A DNA stretch of 64,000 bases from a virus. The translations under genes and the position numbers were made by a program. Below, one piece after another: positions 57,004-64,000 of the stretch. Location: IMG/VR virus record IMGVR_UViG_3300034072_000373, positions 1 through 64,000 of that record; one strand, 5' to 3'. Below the pieces are notes generated by a model. The model saw only the letters and a list, made by a program, of their open reading frames with translations, ran no database searches and was not told where the DNA came from. Every line of letters starts with the position of its first letter. Position 1 is the first letter of the stretch.

Positions 57004-59523
57004 TTAAATACTTTCGATGAAAGTGGTGATGAGTTTCACACCCTGTGGTGCTAAGTCACCGGAGAAAATATCCTGATAGCCGTATTCGTCTATCTTATTG
57101 AGGACTTCATGCTTCCTAAAAGCCTGCATGAATGCGATCATACGTTCGCAAGGTTTGATCTTGGCGAACTTAGCTTCGACAGCTTGAATCTCATCGACAT
57201 ACTCTTTCGAGTAGCGATGAATGTGCTGCTTCTTCATATATTTCCAAAGCTCGTAGTAGACTACATCTAGTTCGTTCTTTGGAGTATGAAGACGATACTT
57301 CTTCTGGATATCTTCATGTTGCAGCATAGGCAGAACCATGTCTGCTACATTTTCAGCAACATAGCCGGTTACACCCAGACTAACTGGCACCATTGGATGG
57401 TGTGGGTGGGTGGCATGAACAGCACAGATAGTCTTGCTGTTCAGGATGTGATCGAACATCTTCTTAGCAAGATAGCTGTTCAAGTTCATGGCTCCCTTTT
57501 GCATGTATTTGTCACGCTGAGTCGTAGTCACAGCGATACCGATTACATCACCAAACTCCTTGATGACGAAATCATGCAGCTTTGTGGGCATACGAATCAT
57601 ATCATCACACTGACCATCACCCTTACGGATGAGAGTCACTGCTTCAGGCTTGGAAACTCGATTAGCTGTTTGAACAGCAATAATCGTTTCATATTGTGCC
57701 CTTGGCAGATATGCCTTCATTGAAGTCAGCGTTGGAATGCCGATCTTCTTTGGGACAGCCTTGGTTGGATCACCAGCAGCTACAACAGGACGTTCTACTT
57801 CGCGGCAGTTGTCGATGACCTGATAGCCCAAGTCCTTGAAGAACTGAACAATCTCATCCTTCTTCTTCGTATTCCGAGGAATGACGTAGGTAAGGAAGTC
57901 ACCTGACTGATGATGCTTCTTCAGTTCTGGCTCATAGATGGCGTCAGTGATGTCGCTGGTATTGTGACCAATGACGATGAACCTCCGAAGGAAGTTCAAC
58001 TGAGCATCAATGTTGAATGAAGTATAATACTTCAGTTCCACCAGACCAGAACGGTGACGACTCCGCCAACCATTCTTCTCAAGCTCATAGATAGTATGAG
58101 CATAGACCTTCAGATGCTTCAGGTTCACCTTGGGGTTTGCCTGAGCAGCCTTTATGATAGGCCAGAAGTGGTGACGAACGATCCAGTTATTGTGTGAATA
58201 TATCTGGTTGTAGCCATGATAATAAACACGAGAGGTGTTGTTATCCGTGGTGGTAAGCTGATTACGGAAAGCCGTAGCCAACTTACGATCCAAGAGCTTA
58301 CCCCGAATGGCTCGATTGATTCGCCACTTATATTCTTTCAGAATAATGTTGGGGTAAAAGGATTCGCTGAGACTGCCCAACAACATTGCACGATTCAAGG
58401 TATAGTTATCCTCGATTCGTTCACGGTTGGTGAAGGCATCATCATTCCGCATACGGGCAATATGACCCGGCGTCATTGCCAAGATGGCAATGGGATTCAT
58501 GTGAGCGAACACTTCCTTATGAAGCTCAGTAATCACTGGAGCAGCGAATTCAGGCTTCAGCTTGGAATAGAAGTTCTCACAGAAATCCTTCAGAATCTTA
58601 TTGACCGTATTAACAGTCAATTCTGACATGCTCAGACCTTCACGGGAAGGCATGATAGACAGTGAATCTGGTTCAGCCATAACCACAAGGCGATATGCCC
58701 GTGAGCCATAACGATTGCCCTGTGCAGGAATGTCACGGACAAAACGAACTGCCTTTTGAAGCATTTCGTTTGTCGATTCGTGAGATTCCAGAGGATACAC
58801 CACATTGCCATAACGAACAAAGATTGTGTTATTAGCATTGTCAATCGACAGTGGCTCAGTGGTGATGAAGAATCCATGCTTCGATTGGCTAAGTGGCAGA
58901 GTCGGGAGCAGTTCATCATTCAGGGTAGCTGAGATTTCACCATTGAAGACTACCGAACGGATAGCAGCCATGATGTATGATTCATCATGTGGCTTGATTT
59001 CGATCTTCACTTCCAGACCTGATTCATCCCCACATGGCATGGAAATGATAGGCAGCATTGAAGGCTTACCATTGACCTCAGCAGAGGACTTGGAAGCCTT
59101 GTAGATCGTCTTGGTTCCTTCGTGGTATGACGACACCTGAAAACTATCTACATAGGCCCATGGGCTTTTACAGCCCAATCCGAAGCCGCCTGTGACACCA
59201 GAGTCATTGGTCTTGGTGGAACCACCATAGACGCAATAAATCTTCTGAATCTTGTCAGGGTGAATACCCTTACCAAAGTCACGGATAATGAGAACATTAT
59301 CCCGAAGAGTGATTGAACCGGGGGTATCCGTCTTACCTGCATCAATATGGGCATCCCACATATTACAGATAGTTTCACGGATCATTGCCAGACGAGGATT
59401 GCTGTAGAGGGCAGTGGACAGGATGTGAGCCAAGTGGGCTGAATCATCGAACGAGAAGTCCATAGCCTTATTCTTCGATACCGTAACATGGGTTACGTGA
59501 TCGGCAGACTGAGATACTTGCAT
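57004..59523 (-). CDS. rIIA: rIIA-like protein (N-terminal GHKL ATPase)
   Basis: LYSNPRLAMIRETICN..DAH..IRDFGKGI..STK..GGFGLGCKSPWAY. Confidence 0.92.
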   Translation of the reverse strand: MQVSQSADHVTHVTVSKNKAMDFSFDDSAHLAHILSTALYSNPRLAMIRETICNMWDAHIDAGKTDTPGSITLRDNVLIIRDFGKGIHPDKIQKIYCVYGGSTKTNDSGVTGGFGLGCKSPWAYVDSFQVSSYHEGTKTIYKASKSSAEVNGKPSMLPIISMPCGDESGLEVKIEIKPHDESYIMAAIRSVVFNGEISATLNDELLPTLPLSQSKHGFFITTEPLSIDNANNTIFVRYGNVVYPLESHESTNEMLQKAVRFVRDIPAQGNRYGSRAYRLVVMAEPDSLSIMPSREGLSMSELTVNTVNKILKDFCENFYSKLKPEFAAPVITELHKEVFAHMNPIAILAMTPGHIARMRNDDAFTNRERIEDNYTLNRAMLLGSLSESFYPNIILKEYKWRINRAIRGKLLDRKLATAFRNQLTTTDNNTSRVYYHGYNQIYSHNNWIVRHHFWPIIKAAQANPKVNLKHLKVYAHTIYELEKNGWRSRHRSGLVELKYYTSFNIDAQLNFLRRFIVIGHNTSDITDAIYEPELKKHHQSGDFLTYVIPRNTKKKDEIVQFFKDLGYQVIDNCREVERPVVAAGDPTKAVPKKIGIPTLTSMKAYLPRAQYETIIAVQTANRVSKPEAVTLIRKGDGQCDDMIRMPTKLHDFVIKEFGDVIGIAVTTTQRDKYMQKGAMNLNSYLAKKMFDHILNSKTICAVHATHPHHPMVPVSLGVTGYVAENVADMVLPMLQHEDIQKKYRLHTPKNELDVVYYELWKYMKKQHIHRYSKEYVDEIQAVEAKFAKIKPCERMIAFMQAFRKHEVLNKIDEYGYQDIFSGDLAPQGVKLITTFIESI

Positions 59524-59532
59524 TGTCTTTCC

Positions 59533-59886
59533 TTAGCAGGAGCAACTGAAGAAGTGACGATGAGTTGATTCATCATCCACATCCTTATCGAGCAGGACGT
59601 TCATGGCTCGGAAGAAGCCCTGATCTACGCCCACACCTTCAAAGGCACCGCCACGAGTGATGTAGTCACCACCCCAACGTGTATTAGGGTCCATATGGCT
59701 CAGGTGAGTGTCGATGAGTTCATCGGAAGTTACGGGATGGTTCCCATATTCTTCGTCCTCACACATGTCGGACAGGTTCTTGGCATAACCCTCAATCCAC
59801 TTGAGGGCTTCAGCCTTGGAATCACCCAGCAGAAGTCGAGCAGTATGCTCTTCCTCTGGGTATCCAGCGATAGGATGGTAGCTCAT
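59533..59886 (-). CDS. Hypothetical protein ending FFSCSC
   Basis: ATGA coupling; 117 aa. Confidence 0.7.
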   Translation of the reverse strand: MSYHPIAGYPEEEHTARLLLGDSKAEALKWIEGYAKNLSDMCEDEEYGNHPVTSDELIDTHLSHMDPNTRWGGDYITRGGAFEGVGVDQGFFRAMNVLLDKDVDDESTHRHFFSCSC

Positions 59887-60218
59887 TCAGCCTCCGGGAA
59901 ATCTGGATGGGACCAGACATGGCGAAGTGAAGTGATACGGCGTGGATAAACCACCAGCCAGAATTCTTCACCACGGGGAACACCGCTCTTTGGTAGGAAC
60001 GGATCAACGATGCCGACATAAGCAGGGCTACCCCTGAGTCGAGTATGGAAAGCCTGACCACTTTCAGCGATATAAATATCCTGTCCGGGTTTCAGGTCTT
60101 CACCGGCTGTGATTGGCTCTACTGCCAAATGAATTGCGTCACGATATTCCTTACGGAAATGGACCATGCCCAATGTTTCAAGGGCGTCAGTTGACACTGA
60201 CCGATTATCACCGCTCAT
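59883..60218 (-). CDS. Conserved phage hypothetical protein
   Basis: RDAIHLAVEP..AGEDLKPG..GIVDPFL..FWL..P..ITSLRHVWSHPDF; start refined using the AAGGA RBS. Confidence 0.75.
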   Translation of the reverse strand: MSGDNRSVSTDALETLGMVHFRKEYRDAIHLAVEPITAGEDLKPGQDIYIAESGQAFHTRLRGSPAYVGIVDPFLPKSGVPRGEEFWLVVYPRRITSLRHVWSHPDFPEAE

Positions 60219-60352
60219 TTCTTTTTCCTTTAATTTAGAGTTTTTTATCTGTGCTGGACTATCCAATTCTGACCAGCAGATCGGACCAGTGTTTCATAGT
60301 TTCGGCTGGACCCCGTGAGTCAACGGCACGTTTAGAGAGTGTGACTCTATAG

Positions 60353-60429
60353 TGGCGCTCCCTGAAGGACTCGAACCCTCAACCAACCGACTAGAACTCG
60401 GTTGCTCTATCCATTTGAGCTAAGGGAGC
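60353..60429 (-). tRNA. tRNA-Arg(UCU) with encoded CCA
   Basis: Acceptor stem GCTCCCT/AGGGAGC, D-arm GCTC/GAGC with A20, anticodon stem ACCGA/TCGGT with loop GT-TCT-AG, T-loop TTCGAGT, G73-CCA. Confidence 0.92.
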
Positions 60430-60436
60430 GTAACAC

Positions 60437-60658
60437 TTATTCATCCACTACAGGAGGTGTAGGGATGAACATGAACTTTTCGAGGAACTCAGGAACAGCC
60501 CGGTAAAATACCAGACCGTTATTGGGTTCAGTGGTGTAACGAACAGTGGGGAACCACTCATCGTTATACTGGCTCAGATTCTTTTCCAGAACCGAGTTAA
60601 CCCGATATACCTTGCCCTTGTAGGTCCAGATACTATCAGGAGGGATTAACTGTGACAT
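60437..60658 (-). CDS. DUF1653-like small SH3-type protein
   Basis: WTYKGKVYRV..PTVRY....GLVFYRAVPEFLEKF; start refined. Confidence 0.65.
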   Translation of the reverse strand: MSQLIPPDSIWTYKGKVYRVNSVLEKNLSQYNDEWFPTVRYTTEPNNGLVFYRAVPEFLEKFMFIPTPPVVDE

Positions 60659-60890
60659 CTGCCGATTCCAGTTCTTCGAGCGTAATTCTGATAGCAGAGC
60701 CATCAGCGAATTTAACATCCCGTTCAACACGTTTGGTTCCTGATTCCATAACCAGATCAGCACATAGTGCTAGATAAACATGTTGTGTGATGTTGGCGAC
60801 ACGTTTGATTGGCTGACGGTATTTTTCTTCCGTCAGCCAGAGATCACCCGTTTCTGTGTCCATACGGACAGACAGCTTGTTTGGGTTCAT
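60636..60890 (-). CDS. Hypothetical protein
   Basis: 84 aa, coupled to the thyX stop. Confidence 0.65.
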   Translation of the reverse strand: MNPNKLSVRMDTETGDLWLTEEKYRQPIKRVANITQHVYLALCADLVMESGTKRVERDVKFADGSAIRITLEELESADVTVNPS

Positions 60891-61765
60891 AGTCCAAGAA
60901 TCTTTCGATGCTGGATAAACCCAACAAAATTACCCCATTTGGAAGTATCATCAGAATTGAGGACACCCTTTGGATCAGGGGTAGCCTGATGCTCACAAGG
61001 TGAAGCATGAGCAGGCTTTGCCACGATCAGCTTAGCATACAGCTTGATATCGTCACTGATGGTGGTGGGCTTACCTTCATGAGTAAAGTAAGACACACGA
61101 GCACATCGAGCCACGGAAACCTGAAGCAGTAGAAGCTGCACTTCAGTCTTGGAGACTGGATAGTTTTCATGGTGACATGCCTTAATGTAGTCATGGGCAG
61201 CCAGTTCATCCTCAGCGGTGACATATGGTAGATGCCATTCACCAACCTTCAGATACTTTGGCTTGGATGCTTCCATGGCTGCTTTCATCTGAATAGCAAG
61301 CTCATGAATCTCAGGCTGTGCATCTTTATGAGCACGAAGCTCAAAGAAGTTATCCCATTCGGTCGAGGTAACGACCACACGGATATGTGCCCATGGTTCC
61401 AGAATACGATTGGCAATCTGCTTATGCAGACCATGCTTAATCATATTCTCAGCAACCAGAATGTTTAGGTTCATAGCTTGGAGCCAATGAGCCTTAACAC
61501 TTTCCAGTGCATCGCCTTCCAATTCAGGACCAGCCTGCATACCGGGTTGATGACTGCCCCAATAGATTGGCCATGCTGGTTCACGCTTCAGATCAGCGAT
61601 CATACGAGCAATGGGAATTGCACGACTGGATGAGGCATTACGACTCATACAACGATGAGTCATAAATTCAGAGTGGATGAACCGTGGATACAGCAGTTCC
61701 ATGGTTGTGATTCGCTTACCGTCTGGGGAGACGGAATCAGCGATAATCTTTGCAGAAATCGTCAT
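60887..61765 (-). CDS. thyX: Flavin-dependent thymidylate synthase
   Basis: PRFIHSEFMTHRCMSRNASSSRAIP, HKQIANRILEP, ARCARVSY..HASPCEH. Confidence 0.9.
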   Translation of the reverse strand: MTISAKIIADSVSPDGKRITTMELLYPRFIHSEFMTHRCMSRNASSSRAIPIARMIADLKREPAWPIYWGSHQPGMQAGPELEGDALESVKAHWLQAMNLNILVAENMIKHGLHKQIANRILEPWAHIRVVVTSTEWDNFFELRAHKDAQPEIHELAIQMKAAMEASKPKYLKVGEWHLPYVTAEDELAAHDYIKACHHENYPVSKTEVQLLLLQVSVARCARVSYFTHEGKPTTISDDIKLYAKLIVAKPAHASPCEHQATPDPKGVLNSDDTSKWGNFVGFIQHRKILGL

Positions 61766-62262
61766 TTACGGTTCCTTCGGAGATAGTTTGTGTAGGCTTC
61801 CACCTTTGCAAGTTCTGGATGATTATGAATCCAGACACCTGTTGATGGATCGAATTCTTTTCTGAAGAAGTCATCCAGATCAGGACGACTGGTGGGAATT
61901 GAAACATCCACCATTTTACATGCTTCATCGAATTCACCATCAGAACACAATGGTTCCTCATTTGGTTGTAATTCGTAAGCAAATGCTGCCGCTGACAGCA
62001 TGATACGGAGCTTAGTCTGTATCTCTGAGGGGTTTCCCCACGAAGCCATATCAATATAGCTCCCGAATAATTGAATCATTCGCTTACGGTGTAGATACCG
62101 TGTGATTTGATAATCCCACTCACCGGACCATGCGAATTCTGCCGTGTCTCTTGCTTCTGGAGATTCCATGGCTCGAATGTTGCATAGAGTTCGCCTTAAC
62201 GATCCCATTTTCCAGTTATGGTCACGAGCAAGAATCTCTAAGGGAGTCTGCGTTCTAGCCAT
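61762..62262 (-). CDS. Hypothetical protein with a LigA domain Ia-like motif
   Basis: AAFAYE...EPLCSDGEFD..F.PSTGVWIH.HPEL. Confidence 0.65.
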   Translation of the reverse strand: MARTQTPLEILARDHNWKMGSLRRTLCNIRAMESPEARDTAEFAWSGEWDYQITRYLHRKRMIQLFGSYIDMASWGNPSEIQTKLRIMLSAAAFAYELQPNEEPLCSDGEFDEACKMVDVSIPTSRPDLDDFFRKEFDPSTGVWIHNHPELAKVEAYTNYLRRNRK

Positions 62263-62275
62263 GGATCACCTAACA

Positions 62276-62312
62276 AATAAAAAAAGGGAGCGGATTTCTC
62301 CACTCCCTTTTC
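62276..62312 (-). terminator. Terminator
   Basis: AAAAGGGAG/CTCCCTTTT stem with a GAAA loop and a long T tract. Confidence 0.8.
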
Positions 62313-62331
62313 TTGTTGCTCTAAACAGAGT

Positions 62332-62715
62332 TTAGATCAGAGTCAGGTGCTCCGCAGCACGTTCGAGCAGGAAATCCTGTTCATCGGCATCCAGAAATTC
62401 CCAACGGACACCGTGGGAATGGAATGCCAGTGCCTTGGCGTAACCCTGAATCTCACCCTGAAGGAAGCAGCCACATGGGCCTTCTTCTTCTTCAGGAGCT
62501 TCTTCGACTTCGGCTGGATATTCACCAGCCTGATCGACAGGAGCGGTAGCATATGCCGAATCAGTGTCAGGACCGCTGCCGATGATAGCAGCACCAAGCC
62601 CACCAAGGGCAGCATCACCGAACAGTTCCGAGATTGGAATGTGTCGCACGGTGATATTCTGATCGGCTGCAAGTTCGTTCAGCAGGGCTGCAATGAAATC
62701 TTCAGGCTTTTGCAT
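62332..62715 (-). CDS. Acidic hypothetical protein
   Basis: Start refined to MQKPEDF; the upstream part of the track ORF overlaps the next gene. Confidence 0.65.
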   Translation of the reverse strand: MQKPEDFIAALLNELAADQNITVRHIPISELFGDAALGGLGAAIIGSGPDTDSAYATAPVDQAGEYPAEVEEAPEEEEGPCGCFLQGEIQGYAKALAFHSHGVRWEFLDADEQDFLLERAAEHLTLI

Positions 62716-62752
62716 TTGAGTTCTCTCTGTTTGAGTTCCGAAGGACTGGGGA

Positions 62753-62950
62753 TCAGTCTTCGGTCTGTGCTTCGCCAGCCTTTGCGATGGCTGAACGGAC
62801 GGCACGATTGGTTTCCGCCACTTCGACCGCACCACCATTGGTGAGGTTGATACGGCTGCCACCGGCTTCAGTTGGGATGAAACCGACGATCTTGTCAACA
62901 GCCAGATTGACTTCTGCGCCGTTGTTCTTGAGACGAATGAATGCTGACAT
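62753..62950 (-). CDS. Small beta-rich protein, FlbD/SwrD-like pattern
   Basis: FIRL..NG..V.L..DKI..........I.L.NG....V.ET...V...I. Confidence 0.65.
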   Translation of the reverse strand: MSAFIRLKNNGAEVNLAVDKIVGFIPTEAGGSRINLTNGGAVEVAETNRAVRSAIAKAGEAQTED

Positions 62951-62997
62951 TGTTTGCACTTTCTATCAAAGGGTATGAAACACCCGAAAAACAAACG

Positions 62998-63321
62998 CTA
63001 GACGAAAATGAATTTCCGCCTGTCGTTATCACCGATGAGGTTATGCAATTCATTTGCTTCCCTCAATCGTTGTTTGGCATCGTCACCATGAGCTTTATTC
63101 AAGTTCGTGATGACAACACCTAGCGCACTCTGAATCAGATTACGCTGGGAAACAGTGAGAACAACCGGGGTTGGACCTTCACTTGCTCCCACATGGTTCA
63201 ATTCAAAGCAGGCTTCACAGGCATCCGCAAAGGGAGGCGCTGGATAGACCTTCTTCTTATCGAAACCGATTTCGGCTCCACACCTGTCACAGTAGTGGAC
63301 CACCACATTCTTTGCAGCCAT
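62998..63321 (-). CDS. Hypothetical Zn-finger protein
   Basis: YCDRCG..DACEAC. Confidence 0.7.
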   Translation of the reverse strand: MAAKNVVVHYCDRCGAEIGFDKKKVYPAPPFADACEACFELNHVGASEGPTPVVLTVSQRNLIQSALGVVITNLNKAHGDDAKQRLREANELHNLIGDNDRRKFIFV

Positions 63322-63836
63322 CAGTGAGTTACCTCCATGATAGCTTCTACAGGACGATCAGCTTGATTCTGATACTTGCCTGAGTAGTGGGCTGGAATAG
63401 CCAGTTCATGGAACAAGACTTGTGCAATGCCTGAACCAGCAGGAATATGCACACCTTCTGAACCATGGAAAACCAGTTCCAAGGTGAGGAAGCCTTTCCA
63501 ACCTGGTTCGATTACCGTGTTGAAAACACTCAGACCCTTACGAGCCAAGGTGGATTTGTCATGGACAATTCCAACCAGATTCTCAGGCATCTGAAATTCT
63601 TCGATAGCTGAAGCTAGACAGAACCGACCGTAGATACGTTCACTATCCACCATGAGATATGGTGTAGGCGGGTATCCTCGATCATATTCCACAAAGCGGA
63701 ATCGAATGTCCTGCTTCAGTCGAATGTCGTAACCAGCTTCGGTCAAGCCGTAGCTAGTTCCATGTGCAACACGCTTGCACTCTTCCATATTCTTGATTGG
63801 CTCAAGAGCTAGAAGCTGTGACCCATTGATAATCAT
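63321..63836 (-). CDS. dcd: dCTP deaminase
   Basis: SYGLTEAGYDIRL..HDKSTLARKG..NTVIEPGWKGFLTLEL..GIAQVLF..YSGKYQNQ. Confidence 0.92.
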   Translation of the reverse strand: MIINGSQLLALEPIKNMEECKRVAHGTSYGLTEAGYDIRLKQDIRFRFVEYDRGYPPTPYLMVDSERIYGRFCLASAIEEFQMPENLVGIVHDKSTLARKGLSVFNTVIEPGWKGFLTLELVFHGSEGVHIPAGSGIAQVLFHELAIPAHYSGKYQNQADRPVEAIMEVTH

Positions 63837-63937
63837 TACTGACAACCTTTATCGTGCTTAAAGAGCCAGCAGAATCCAATGTAGACTATCAGAAGAATTC
63901 CTATGTGAATTAGGAAATCAATAAGATCAGGAGACAT
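63836..63937 (-). CDS. Small membrane peptide (33 aa)
   Basis: MSPDLIDFLIHIGILLIVYIGFCWLFKHDKGCQ; GAGG RBS; TAATG coupling to dcd. Confidence 0.5.
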   Translation of the reverse strand: MSPDLIDFLIHIGILLIVYIGFCWLFKHDKGCQ

Positions 63938-64000
63938 TTTCCTCTACCCATTTTCTGAAAGCAGATGGGAGGAATGGGCCAGCATATTTTGCAACTCCAT

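Noticed and set aside
60386-60402. Amber-suppressor reading (CTA) of the tRNA loop
   Set aside because: Stem register places TCT at 34-36, A20 fits Arg, and TAG is used as a normal stop (for example in the DNA polymerase gene), so there is no sign of recoding.
62716-62994. N-terminal extension of the 220-aa track ORF
   Set aside because: It overlaps the better-supported 62753-62950 gene in another frame.

Overview
This is about 64 kb of a lytic N4-like phage genome (Schitoviridae), apparently circularly permuted. The genome ends probably fall in the non-coding stretch at about 5.1-5.7 kb. Positions 1-5.1 kb (minus strand) hold the early region: N4 gp1- and gp2-like genes, about a dozen small ORFs and three hairpin promoters for the virion RNA polymerase. 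Positions 6.2-36.3 kb (plus strand) hold the late module: lectin-like fibre, terminases, adaptor, lysis genes, portal, scaffold, major capsid, tail tube, ejection proteins and a 3,455-aa virion RNA polymerase. Positions 36.3-64 kb (minus strand) hold the middle/replication module: RuvC-like resolvase, SSB, AAA ATPase, primase-helicase, exonuclease, family A DNA polymerase, Dda-like helicase, MazG-like NTP-PPase, rIIA/rIIB, tRNA-Arg(UCU), ThyX and dCTP deaminase. A 7-kb cassette of two paralogous modular receptor-binding/depolymerase-like proteins is inserted in this module. The RNAPII subunit genes are not in the window. A GC-rich alphaproteobacterial host (possibly a sphingomonad) is inferred only from remembered protein resemblances. 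The most notable unexplained items are: (1) a 50-codon gene overprinted in the vRNAP inter-domain linker; (2) the paralogous fibre pair with swapped C-terminal enzyme-like heads; (3) a promoter- and terminator-bounded candidate small RNA antisense to a 16-codon mini-ORF; (4) a repeat-expanded tail-tube homologue; (5) a tRNA with a G32/G38 anticodon loop. All homology calls come from motif recognition and synteny; no searches were run.
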